A DNA stretch of 64,000 nucleotides. Origin: Chiloscyllium plagiosum. Taxonomy: Eukaryota. The position numbers and the translations under genes were made by a program. Below, piece by piece: positions 38,371 to 50,872 of the stretch. Position 1 is the first letter of the stretch. Each line of letters starts with the position of its first letter. The stretch spans positions 29,732,637-29,796,636 of the forward strand of contig NC_057711.1 in assembly GCF_004010195.1 (NCBI RefSeq), in the 5' to 3' direction. Under the pieces are notes generated by a model. It was not told where the DNA came from and ran no database searches. It saw only the letters and a list, made by a program, of their open reading frames with translations.

Positions 38371-38506
38371 GACACACATCTAGAAATGAAAAACCAGCTT
38401 TGAAAGAAATTTTGCTCCTTTCTCCACGAATACACAGAAATCTGAAGGATGACAATCTGGAATTAAGTCAAAAGGTGGAGCACATGAGGAAGGAATATTT
38501 GGTGAG
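38371..38506 (+). CDS. CARD-coiled-coil gene, exon 4
   Basis: ctttttgtag|ga...gtgag|gtaaca, phase 1/2, consistent with both neighbours. Encodes (G)HTSRNEKPALKEILLLSPRIHRNLKDDNLELSQKVEHMRKEYLV(R). Confidence 0.75.
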
Positions 38507-38863
38507 GTAACATCAAAAGCATAAATTACTTCCAAAATGTGAAAAGAAATGTTAGTTCAACAATTTCCCAAAATAATGACATTGATATGTCAAAATGTGA
38601 GACAGTAAGGGGAAATTGGAGGGCAAGACAACCAACCTGTTTTCTGGATACTGAAAAACATTGGCAGAAATTTTAATATTAAATATTTGGTTAAGCCTTT
38701 TAAATAAGGACCATTCAGAGAGGAGTCAACAATTAAATCCACCGGTAAAGTTGTCCTTTTGATTCAAAATTGGTACAATGAAGATTATATCTGTACAATA
38801 ATACCGATTTTTATATTTATTATAACAATAATATTTATTATATTTTACCAATTTCAACTTCAG

Positions 38864-39128
38864 AATAAAAGGACTCGAAGAAGACTTGGCTTCTGTGAGT
38901 CGGGAAAGAGATATGACTGTGAGGGAACGTAATATCACCATCCTAGAAAATCAAGAACTACAAAATCTTAACCATGAACTCCAGGAACTGATAATAAAAC
39001 TGGAAGATTCTACACTTAGTATGAATTATCCTGTCCAATATGTGAATTTGTTACCAGTAAGGCAGATGATTGATGGGCATACAGACCAGCTGTTCACCTT
39101 TGATCAACTTCAAAACAACATTGATTGA
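38864..39128 (+). CDS. CARD-coiled-coil gene, exon 5 (coiled coil; probable last coding exon)
   Basis: caacttcag|a ata... encodes IKGLEEDLASVSRERDMTVRERNITILENQELQNLNHELQELIIKLEDSTLS...QNNID*, with heptad pattern. A possible internal donor cca|gtaagg at 39057 could lead to a further exon. Confidence 0.72.
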
Positions 39129-39389
39129 TGTAATGAAGTTAAATTGAGCACCTTTATCTGTTGGACACCTCACTCTATATACCTGTGGAATAATCTATGC
39201 AACTCAACGTGCAAATTGGCATTAGAGAAACTGCAACAAACTCAAAAGCCTCAGGTGAAAGATTCAGAAGTACAATAAGTTTATCTCCCTTTTTACTGTT
39301 TTTTTCACTTTTAAATCTAGATCTATAGCTATAATAGACCCTGCCATTCAAATTAGCCTGAATATATTTTGTACTTCTTTCAAATTATT

Positions 39390-40860
39390 GTATGGGAAAC
39401 GGGTGGTGTTGGCAAAGCCAGCATTTGATGCCCACAACTAATTCCTTGAGAAGGTGATGGTGACCTACCTCCCAAAGCACCCCAGTCCTTTTGGTGTCAG
39501 TACACCCACAGTGCTGTTAAGATAGAAGCTCTAGGAGTTTAACCCAGTGGAAATTAATAAAAGGCAGTACAAGCCTAAATCAAAAAAATGCTGTTCCAAA
39601 GAAGAGGCATTCTGAATTTGAAATGTTCTGTTTCTCGCTCCACAGATGCTACTAGACCTGCTGAGTTTCTTCATCACTTTCTGCATTCACGTCAGATTTC
39701 CTGCATCTGCAGTATTATTATACTTCTAAATCAGGATGGTTTGTGGCTGAGGAGGAAAATTTAGGTGATCCTGTTCCCATGTGTCAGTCACCTATGTTTA
39801 TCCACCTGATAAAGGGTGCAGGTTTGGAAGATGCCAATAAAGCTTTGGTGAGTTGCTGCAATGAATCTTGTATCTGCTACCAGTGTGTACTAATGGCAGA
39901 GGAAGTTAATGTTTCAGTTGGCGGATGGGGTAATGATATAGCCGGGTAATTTGTCTCGAAAGGTGTTGAACTTCTCATGTTTTATGGGAACTGCACTTAG
40001 TCGAGCAGGTAGGGTGTATTCCTTCGTATTTCTGACTTCAGCATTGTAGATGGTGGATAATCTTTAGGGAGTCAAGAGGTGAGTTAATTGGTGACAGAAT
40101 TACTAACTTTGAACCTGTTGTGATATGCCTCTTTCAGTTCAGTTTCTGGTCAACGGTAACTCTCAGAATATTGATAGTGTGGGATGCTGGGATGTTAATA
40201 TCATTAAATATCAAGGGGTGACTGTTAGATTCTCTCTTGGAGAAAGTTGCTGACTGACACACGTGTAGCGTGACTGTTACTTGTCACTTATCAATGCAAG
40301 CCTGAACGAAAGCAGAGTCCTACAGCGACAGCAGAAGAGTGAGCACAGGCCGGGCTGAGTCAGAGAACAATGGCAGCAGAACAGATACAGGCAGGAGCCA
40401 GAGCAAGTCCAGATGCAGGCCAGTGCATGGAGGTGGTGTTGCCTCATGTTCGGAAGCAGGTGGGCACAAACCCATGTTGCAAAAGCACTAGAACCTCTAA
40501 AACCTAATTAACTTTGTAATCACTTTTTATTATCATTCTGGACTTTTTAAATTCTATTCCTATGCTTACCTTTTTAACTCTGTAACAATACTTAAAGCAT
40601 CTGTACCTAAGATGGCACCAAGAGGTGACATTATAGACTTTTCACTGCACTCATTGAGTGCATGTGAAATTGAAGGCTATTCTAAAATTCTGACCTTTTC
40701 ACATATTGCCATTGGACTGCTGCTTCAGTTTGAGGAGTTGGCAATGCTAATGAACATTGTGTAATCATCAGCAAGTATTGCCCCATAATAAATCAGTTGA
40801 AGATGGTTGGACCTAGGACACCATCCTGAGGAACCTTTGCCTCTGATGACCACAACTTAT
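39390..40860 (-). mobile_element. Decayed L2/CR1-clade LINE 3' region with nested fragments
   Basis: gcatttgatgccc..aattccttgagaaggtg..gtacacccacagtgctgtta is also at 29690-29930; related RT at 54990-55445. Confidence 0.55.
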
Positions 40861-42189
40861 GTTAGATGTTGTTATAAGTTGAATCCATGCCATTAATTAC
40901 CATGTTGTATGAGCTGTCTGGTAGATTTGCTGTTACCATCCACTTCCCTGGGAGGGATATAGAGGGTTTGTTTAGTCAGTCTGGTGTGATAGAGGAACAC
41001 AGCTTGGTAACGTAACAAGACACTTTTGTCTTAAACAAGATGTAGTTTATTGAGTGATAACAGATAAATAGAAAAGTTACACATGACAGACATTGGGTAA
41101 GAGACTTCTTTGCCAACCTAAGCTGATTTCCCTGAAGTTTGAGAGACATTGTTAGGTTATGTGTTGCTTAAGGTACTTGTTAGCATTAACCCTTTCAGAC
41201 AGGTGGTGGTATAGTAGCAATGCCACTAGTAATCTACAGCCCTGTGTTACTGTTCACAGGTAATGTTTGTAAATCCTAAAATGGCAGATGTGACATTTAA
41301 TTTCAATAAAAATTTGAAATTAAAAATTTAGTCTAATGGTGATCTTATAACAATGGTTGATAAGTGTTTTTTTTTAAAACAATAGATTCCCTAATACTCT
41401 TGAGGGGAATGAAATTTGTCATCTTTACCTGGTCTGGCCTTCAAGTGATCCACACTGATGGACTCTTAACTAACCTCTGAAATTACCTAGCAATTCACTC
41501 AATATCTTTGGACATGCAGTCATTTTTTTTTAAATTAAGATGTGGGAACACAAGCAGTCCATTTGGTTGATAGTCTGCTTCACAGAAGAAGGGATTGAAA
41601 CTGGAAGGAAATCTTGCATTGGTCTCGACACCGAAAGTGTGAGTGGCAAACATAACCCAATCAACACTGCAAAATCCATTTTACAGTCCATTCTGATGTA
41701 ACACAATATTTCTGTTCTCGTGCAATCCTATAATAAGAAAATTGCATAATAGCAGCACCATTTAAATAATAGGCTGGAATCTGGTATGCACTTTAGAACC
41801 AGTTTTAAAGCAATGTCCTCAATTTGTCCATGATGTTATTAGTGAATTTGTGGCAATGAAATGTGCATATACAGAATGACCTGTACTTTTAATAGCTGAG
41901 GGGCTGTGGCAAAATTGGGAGAGCTGACCCAAATTAAACATTTGCAACCACCTTCAGCCAGAAGTGCCCATTAATCTTGATCACCTCCTGAGGTCCTGAG
42001 CAAATCTTCACTATTGCTATAATGGTGTAAGGGCCCATAGCCTTTTTTGGTCTCCAGTGCCTTCACCCATTTCTTAATATCAAATGGAATAAGCCCTGAA
42101 GGGCTTATGCCCGAAACATCGGTTCTCCTGTTCCTTGGATGCTGCCTGACCTGCTGTGCTTTTTCAGCAACACATTTTTCAGCTACAAA

Positions 42190-45110
42190 AACCTGCAGCA
42201 TGGAAGGAGTTAGGGAGGTTCTTGTAGGGTGGGGGGGGGGGGGGGGGGATGGGAACCTGTGATGCAGTTCCAGTGCACAGGAGGATGTGAGTAGGGAGGA
42301 CATGGACAGGATTTCATGGTCACAGGCATGTGCTGGCAGACAGCAAGCTGGTTTGAAGTGTGTCTACTTCAACAGCAGGAGTATCCTGAGTAAGGTAGGT
42401 GAGCTTGCAGCATGGATAGGTACCTGGAATTTTGATGTTGTGGCCATTTCAGAGACATGTATACAGCAGGGTCAGGAGTGGAACTTGCAGGTCCTAGGGT
42501 TTAGATCTTTCATCAAGATCAGGGAAGGTGGTAAAAGCAGGGGAGGTGTGGCTTTGTTAGTCAAAGACAGTATAATAGTGGCTGAAATAACATTCGATGA
42601 GAACTCATCTACTGAGGTGGTATGGGCTGAGGTTAGAAACAGGAGAGATTTTTATAGGCCTGCGCAAAGTTCCAGGCATGTGGAGAAGAGGATCGACAAA
42701 ACTATTCTGGGTAAGAGAGAAAGGAACAGGGTGGTCATTATGGGGGACTTTCACTTCCCCAACATTGACTGGAAATGCTATAACTCTAGTACGTTGGACA
42801 GATCAGTTTTTGTCCAGAGTGTGCAGGAAGGTTTCCTTACACAGTATATTGAAGGGCCGATAAGAGGGGAGGCAACACTGGATCTGGTACTTGGTAATGA
42901 ACCATGCAGGTGTTTGATTTAGTGGTAGGGAGCACTTTGGAGAGTGTGACCATAATTCGGTTAATTAGTTTAGCGATGGAAAGGGATAGGTACATGCCAC
43001 AGGGCAAGAGTTATAGATGGGAGGGAAGGGCAATTATAATGCTATTAGGCAAGACTTGGGAGGCATAGAATGGAGTAGCAAAATGCAGGGGATGGGGACA
43101 ATCAATATGTGGAGCTGGTTTAAGGAACAGGTATTGTGTGTCCTTGATAGATATGTCCCTGTCATGCAGGGAGGAAGTGATAAGGTTAGGGAACCATGGT
43201 TTACTAAAGAAATTGTATCTCTTGTTAAGCGGAAGAGGGAGGCCGATGTGACGTTTAGACGAGGTGGTTCAGATGAGGCGACTGGGAGTTAAAGATTAGC
43301 TAGGAAGGATTTTAAGAGAGAGTTAAGAGGAGCAAGGAGGGGACATGAACAGTCTTTAGCAGGTGAATAAAGGAGAACCCTAAGCTTTCTATAGGCGTGA
43401 GGAATAAAAGAATGACTAGGGTAGGAATAGGGCCCGTCAAAGACAGAAGTGGGAAGTTGTGTGTGGACCCTGCAGAGATTGGAGAGATGCTAAATGAATA
43501 TTTATCTGTTTTCACTCAGGAAAAAGAGAATATTGTAGAGAAGACTGAGATACGGGCTATTAGACTAGAAAGGCTTAGTTAGTAAGGAGTTATCATCAAT
43601 TCTAGAAAGTGTAAAAGTCGATAAATCCCCTGGGCCAAATGGGGTTTATCCGAGGATTCTCTGGGAAGCTAGGGAGGAGATGACGGAGCTTTTGGCCTTG
43701 ATCTTTGGTACTAAATCTATAGACAGACAATAACGATTCAGAGGACTAGAGGATTGCAAATGTTGTGCCCTTGTTCAAGAAGGGCAGTAGAGATGACCCA
43801 GGTAATTAAAGGCTCGCTGGTCTAAAGTCTGTTATAGGAAAAAGTTTTGGAAAGGATTATAAAGAGATGGGATTTATAATCATCTGGTAAACTCAAATTT
43901 GATTGGAGATAATCAACACAGTTTCGTCAAGGGCAGGTCGTGTCTCACAACCTCTGAGTTTTTTTGAGAAGGTGACCAAGCGTGTGAATGAGGGTAGGGT
44001 AGTTGATATAGTATACATGGAGTTCAGTAAAGCCTTTGATAAGGTTCCACATGGTTGGCTGTTGGAGAAAATGCAGAGGCATGGGATTGAGGGTGATTTA
44101 ACAGTTTGGATTAGGAACTGGCTTTCTGTAAGAAGGTAGCAAGTGGTGGTCGATGGAAAATATTCAGTCTGGATTCTGGTTACTAGTGGTGTGCCACAAG
44201 GATATTTTTGGGACCACTGCTATTTGTCGTTTCTTTAAATGACTTAGACACAGGCATAGGTGGATGGAGATGACACTAAAGTTGGTGGAGTGGTGGACAA
44301 TGTGGAAGAATGTGGCAGGTTGCAGGCTTGGATAAACTGCAGAATTGGGCTGAGATGTGGTAAATGGAGTTCATCGCAGATACATGTGAGATGATGCACT
44401 TTGGGAAGAACAATAGCAAGTACTGGGTCAATGGAAAGATTCTTGTCAGTGTGGATGTGCAGAGGGATCTTGGTGTCCATGTACATCCCTGAAAGTTGCC
44501 ACCCAGGTTGATAGTGCTGTTAAGGCAGCATACGGTGTGTTAGGTTTTTGTTGGTAGAGGGATTGAGTTCGGGAGCAGTGATGTCATGCTGCAACTGTAC
44601 AAAACACTAGTGTGGCCTCACTTGGAATATTATGCACAGTTCTGGTTGCCCCATTACAGGAAATATGTGGAAGCATTGGAAAAGGTGCAGAGGAGATTTA
44701 CCAGGATGTTGCCTGGTCTGGAGGGAAGGTCTGATGAGGAAAGGCCTGATGAGGAAAGGCTGAGGGACTTGAGTCTGTTCTCATTGGAGAGAAGGTGGCT
44801 AAGAGGAGATTTAATAGAGGCATACAAGATGATCAGAGGGTTAGATAGGGTAGTGAGTGTCTTTTTCCTAGGAAGATGACATCGGCTTGTACGAGGGGGC
44901 ATAGCTACAAATGGGGAGGTGATAGATTTAAGACAGATGTCAGAGGAAGGTTCTTTATTCAGTGTGACAAACCACATTAGGTACATTTAAACAGTCCTTG
45001 GATAAGCATATAGATGATGATAGGATAGTGTAGGGGGATGGGCTTAGATTAGTTCACAGGTCAGCACAATATAGAGGACTGAAGGTCCTGTTTTGTTCTA
45101 TGTTCCTAGT
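42190..45110 (+). mobile_element. Near-complete CR1 ORF2 (APE + RT), disabled
   Basis: CVYFNSRSI, GDFHFPNIDW, KSPGPNG, FSKAFDKVPH, LYKTLVWPHLEY, tail ctgttttgttctatgttc; many frameshifts. Confidence 0.92.
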
Positions 45111-45527
45111 ACATGAATCATAAAATGCAGGCATCCAAATTCAGCAGATAACAGGGAAGGTAAATGGCATGTTGGCCTTATTTCAAGAGGGACTAGTATA
45201 TATAAAAGTAAGGAGATCCTGCTAAAGCTATACAAGGTACGAATCAGACTAGAACTGGAATACTGTGGAAATACTTTCAAGCCTTTTATCTACAGAAGAT
45301 ATACTGGCATTTCTGAAGTGGCCAGTTATGAAAAAGGATCACTGGACTTGAAACATTAATTCTGCATTCTCTACACAGATGCAGTACAGAGTCTTGGGGA
45401 CTTGACAATAAAGGGTTAGAGGTGGAGAGCTTCTTTCTTTCTTGTTGTGGGAAGAGTCTAGGATTGGAAGTTATAACCTCAGTAAGAAATTGCCTGTTTA
45501 AGACAGCGATCAGGAGGAATTTCTTTG

Positions 45528-46130
45528 AGAGTCATAGAGATGTACAGCATGGAAACAGACCCTTCGGTCCAACTTGTCCATGCCAACCAGATGTTCCAAC
45601 CCAATCTAGTCCCAATCTGCCAGCACCTCCAAACCTTTTCTATTCATATACCCATCCAAATGCCTCTTAAATGTTGCAATTGTACTAGCCTCCACCACAT
45701 CCTCTGGCAGCTCATTCCATATACGTACCACCCTCCGCATGAAAGAGTTGCCCCTTAGGTCTCTTTTATATCTTTCCCCTCTCACCCTAAACCTATGCCC
45801 TTTCATGTTTCACAATATCCTTCTAATGGGAAGGAGAACAGAATTGCACTCAATCTTTCAAATTCGGCCTAATCAATATCCTGACAGCTGCAACATGACC
45901 TCCCAACTCCTGTACTCAATACTCTGACCAATAAAGAAAAGCATACCAAAACGCCGCCTTCGCTACCCTATCTACCTGCGACTCCACTTTCAAGGAGCTA
46001 TGAATCTGCACTCCAAGGTTTCTTTGTTCAGCAACACTCCCTAGGACCTTACCATTAAGTATATAAGTCCTGCTAAGATTTGCTTTCCCAAAATGCAGCA
46101 CCTCACATTTATCTGAATTAAACTCCATTT
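45528..46130 (-). mobile_element. CR1 3' fragment with internal deletion
   Basis: Same family as 35737-36706. Confidence 0.85.
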
Positions 46131-47192
46131 CTGAGGGTGTTGAATCTTCTGTGGAATACTTTACCTAAAAGATGCTGTTGAAACTGGGACAATATTCCCA
46201 ATCTGACTAGAAATCAAAGTGTTTGGGAAAAAGTCAAGAAAGCGTAGGTGATGGTTATCTGGTCAGCAATGCTATAACTGAATGGCAGAGCAGACTGCAT
46301 TGACCAACTTATGCTCCTATGTCTTAGGGTCTCTAAGGTACAATATGCCATCAACTGCAGTCATGTAGCACTGAACTCCCTGGCATTATAAAGCTCTAAG
46401 ATATAGGAATAGAAATAAGGCATTCAGCCCTTGCAAGTCTACTCTATGTTTGCCTTAACCTTGAATAGAATTAACAACCCAGACTCTATAGCCCTCTGCA
46501 GTCAAGAATTCTACACATTCATGGCCTTTTATCTATCCAAATTCCTGAACAGGGAGAATGTTTGCTCCCAAACTATCCAACTTGTTTGTAGCCCCAGGCA
46601 GCAGTTGCAATAGGTTTTATTCTGCCATCCTGGTCTGTCACAATGCTTACACTCTCCACAACAGCTGGTTCTCCAAAGGTTTATTCCCCATGTCATTGGT
46701 GACAAGGGGTACCCTGCCCTCAAAGACCTAGTAGCAGCTAGATTTGAGACCAAATGGCTGGACAAGGGCTAAGAGAAAACTGCATTTGGATGTACACAAT
46801 GCTGAGGGACTCTGAATCCATACATCCAGTTTATGGTTACACTTTCCCATAGTCCTGTTCCTCCCCCAGAGAGCAGTAGAGAAGGGCAGCTCTACACACT
46901 CCAAGTCCACTGCTACATGAGATACATCACCTATGGCAATTAGTGCCCTTCAAGGATGAGAGGTACAGGACCAAACTAGAAGCCATAATAGATATGTAGA
47001 AACCATATAGAAAGGAAGTCAGTCCTTTTTCCTTCATTGGAAAATCTAGTAACTCTAAATAATGTTAGGAATAAGATGGCAAGAGAAAAAGAGCTGGATT
47101 GCATAAGTGCAATGCTTTTATATCAAATGAATAATATAGATTTTTTTTTTTAAAAAGGCAGCAAGATTAGAAAAGGCAATAGAGATATAGAG

Positions 47193-47261
47193 TAGACCTA
47201 GTTTGTCCTGCTTTTCATAAAGTGACTAGACCTAGTTTGTCCTGCTTTTCATAAAGTGACT
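47193..47261. repeat. Perfect tandem duplication, 2 x 34 bp
   Basis: tagacctagtttgtcctgcttttcataaagtgac at 47193-47226 and 47227-47260. Confidence 0.9.
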
Positions 47262-49903
47262 TGACTCAAATCATTAGATAGGTTGTACTTTAAATTTTCC
47301 ATCTGTTATTATGTGCTCTCAGATTTAATTGAAAGCTTGAAGTTGGAAGTATAAGGGTATTTAAAATGATTAACAGAATATTTCATATTATAGTAGGACA
47401 AGTGACTGAAGATGTGTCAATGTGTTTGCATAGTGAGCTTTTTCCATATTCACCATCACAATTTTATATACATTAGAAACAAAATATTCAGAATTCTCAT
47501 TACTGTCTTATTATAGCTGCTACTAAATGTTTGCCAATCTTCAGCATGCCATTCAAAATCTAACTTCCTAAATGAATCAATCTTTTCTGCACTAATGTTC
47601 ACACAACGACGATAGAGAATCATTGATTAGCAATCTCGACTGGAAACTGTACCTGATTTGTCTGCTCCTCCACCAAGGTTCCTCAGCCTAATTGTAGTGA
47701 AGATCAGTTAACTGAGCACAATTCCGGAATTGGAACCTTTGACCTTCCTTGTCTGTATGGCCTTGCGTGCATGATGTAGACATGATACTACATTTCTTAA
47801 CCATTGCTATTTAAGTATTACCGTCAAAGCTGTCATATTTGTAAGTATATCATCAAAATGAACAAAACAGCACATTCTCGATTTAACCAACACACCAATA
47901 CTTTGAGGTTTGCTAATGTTATATTTTTTAAAAATCCATGTGCTTCCTGTTCATCAGATTTCATGGGTAGTCAAGTAAACATTTGTCACAGTTGGGGGGT
48001 GGGGCGCGGAAAAAGATAACAATGACATTTTTCTGGAATGTGCAAACTCTCCTACAGCAGGATCATACCAGGCAGCACAAATTCATTTATCTTGAGCAAC
48101 TAAAGCAAGATCATCTCGAATTTCAGAACAAGAAGAATTAGCCATGATATTATCAAACTGCTTTGTTTTTTACACATCAAGTTGAAGAACACAATTCATA
48201 ATGGAGCAAAATTAAGGCAAGGATACAGATCAGCCATCATTCACCAGAATGGACAGGCAGGTTCAAGGGGCTGAGTGACCTATTGTCTATTCTCTTCTTA
48301 TACAATTTGCAATGCAAAAATTATTTATAGCTAAAATCAGTCCAAAGTTCCAATCCTCTTTGAAGTAGCATTCATAGATCTTTGAACAAATATGCTGTAA
48401 ATACAAGCCAAAATTGCTTGGGAGTACAGAACTTTAATATTGCTGAAAAATATAGATTGGCAAAGATTTTCACTTTCCACTCAGTTATTCATCAGTGAAA
48501 AGCTTTAGCAACAAATCTGTTTTCAGCAATACACATATCAAAATGCTAGTCTAGAATCAAAAAGTGTCACATTAATTTTAAACAAGCAGCTATGCAGACT
48601 AGCTAGAGTGTAAATAGTATTTGAAATTTTGGTTGTGGAATTAGTAAAACTTTGACATCAATATTACAATAAATATCGTTGGCAAAACAAAAGATACACA
48701 ATAAATCAGAATACAAATTTGATCAAATAATTACATATATTCTTAAAAAAGTGACATAGCATGAACCTTGAATCACTGCACAGATGCATAATCTGATTTT
48801 GGAAGGAAGTTAAAATTACAACAGTCTGTTTAGCAGACTCGTGGCCTGCTGTAGATGGTCTTCAATGCAAGTAGTAGTTTAATAATTGGTGTGCACAATG
48901 CAGTAATCACTGGCAAGCTATAGTAATGGAAGTAAAAGGAAATATCATGGACTTTAATTATTCCAAAGATTTTCAATATTCCACGAGTTGTTGGAGGAAG
49001 GCATCGAAATTGCCAATAGGTAACAATGTCATGGTAGCAGCGAAGATCATGACCAGTTACTGCTAGGTCAGCCTGAAATTGTACAACATGTTAATTAGTG
49101 ATCATCATTGCAGCCTCAAAAAAAAACTCCCAGTTTTGCAGAGAAAGGCTGATCTTCATGGGGTAATTTAATGGCTTTGTTATAGGTTTTTGGTACATAA
49201 TATTTCAGATTTGTAAAACTAACAAGGTCACTGAATCTGGCCCTACTGTAACCGAAGGATACTTCACTGATAGAATAAACAGGCCATTTACACCAGCTAG
49301 ATATGAAATACAAAAGAACTCAAAACCTGGAGATCACCAAAATGCCATCGCAACTATGTAGAATTGAGGAGCACACTTCTGACACTCAAAGTCAGTCACA
49401 TCTTTTCTGACTAGATTCTAATCAGAAGGACCGAAGTTTTTTGTCACAATAATCGACAAATTCAAAAACCTAAACTCAAGAGGTGTTCTAAGCTAAAACA
49501 AAGTTTTTGGTGTAAACATCAAACCCAACCTTAAGATCATGCCTGTCAGACAAAGAAAATGGCATTAAATGAGGCCTAACTGGCAATTAAATTTTTACTT
49601 CAAACATTAATTTTCAAGATCCTCTCAAAATTTGGTCAGGCATAGTGATGCTTGGGAAGGGGCAGAACAATTCACTTGGTCAGCATCTTTGTTACTGGAC
49701 TTACTATCTACTGTCTACAGCACAGATGCAATACACCACACAGATCCACAGGACACACCGCAGCAATTCACAATACTTTCTATAGATTGCACTTCCATCT
49801 TCTATACCCACTTCAAAAGTAGTGATGCCATGGGAAATCCAGTGACTCCAAGCTCTCCAAATTATGCAACATCTTGTTTTCGATATATATTGCTATGTCT
49901 TTA

Positions 49904-49919
49904 TCAATGTGTCAGAATC
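49904..49919 (-). CDS. Possible terminal coding exon of the convergent membrane-protein gene
   Basis: Minus strand gctaatttcag|g att ctg aca cat tga, phase-compatible with the donor at 52674 (giving ...FDFKILTH*). Followed by about 1.5 kb of repeat-poor, UTR-like sequence. Confidence 0.35.
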
Positions 49920-50309
49920 CTGAAATTAGCAATATAACATCATTGTTTGAGCATAATCAATGGATTCATTTCAATGTTTAAGATGTCTAATGAGCAAAGG
50001 CGAAACAGATTGAGACTGCTCACTGGAGCTTAAAAGAAGAGAGGTGATCTTATTGAAAGATACAGGATTCTTAAGGGCTTGACAGGGTAAACATGGAGAG
50101 AATGCTTCCCCTCATGGGTGCATCTAGCACCAGATGGCAGAGTCTCAGAATAAAGGACACCAATTCAAAGCTGCAATGAGGAGGAATTTCTTGAGGGTTG
50201 AGAGTAGAATGCCTTAAGGACAGCTATAAAGGGCTGAGTCCTTGTGTATAGTTGATTAGTAGGGGAAATCAAGGATTACAGGGATAATACAGGAAAACAG
50301 AGCTAAGTT

Positions 50310-50872
50310 CTGTACCCATGAAGACAGCCTCAACCATATGTAACCTCATACACTATATGTAATCCCCGCCATACTATTCTGTATCTGTAAAAATCTTCCT
50401 TACTGTCCTGTTTGACACCATTACCCTGATAACTTGTTATGATCTCTAACTTAATTAGTTTGTTGAGTTTTGGATTACTTGTTACTTTAGTTAGACCCTT
50501 GACATTCAATTCTTGTACCTAACATGTTATTCCACCCATTTGGCTTGTCTCCAGCACCACCTTATTTTTAAACTTTATATAATCACCTCTCTACCTCAGT
50601 TAATTGGATTATAGGTCATCCCTTCACTTGCTAGTCAACTGTTGACATTTTACTCACACCATCTGACACTACTAATCACCTATAGAGACTAATTATTTAG
50701 TCTGTTGACATTCCACTCACACCATCTTTAAGATCTTTCAATCTCTCTGCCTATAAATTCAGTGCTTGGTGTGCTTTTCTTCACTTTACCTGATGAAGGA
50801 GTAGCACTCTAAAAGCTTGTGATTTTAAATAAACCTGTTTGACTATAACTGGATGTCGTATGACTTCTGACA
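50310..50872 (+). mobile_element. Penelope-like element 3' region with degenerate hammerhead
   Basis: cCTGATGAaggagtagcactctAAAAGCTTgtg...aataaacctgtttgactataac; same family as 22990. Confidence 0.65.

Noticed and set aside
44731-44764. ctgatgaggaaaggc x2, containing CTGATGA and GAAA
   Set aside because: A 15-bp tandem duplication within CR1 ORF2 with no stem II; not a hammerhead.
46529-46910. Cys-rich minus-strand ORF (CCGECKHC..YCNCC) as a zinc-finger gene
   Set aside because: No splice signals or consistent motif spacing; more likely a decayed LINE (RTE-like) end.
48058-48141. Possible extra terminal exon of the CARD gene (ctacag|QDHTRQHKFIYLEQLKQDHLEFQNKKN*), phase-compatible with donor 39057
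   Set aside because: Only 27 codons, no homology support, and the opposite strand is equally open. Needs RNA data.
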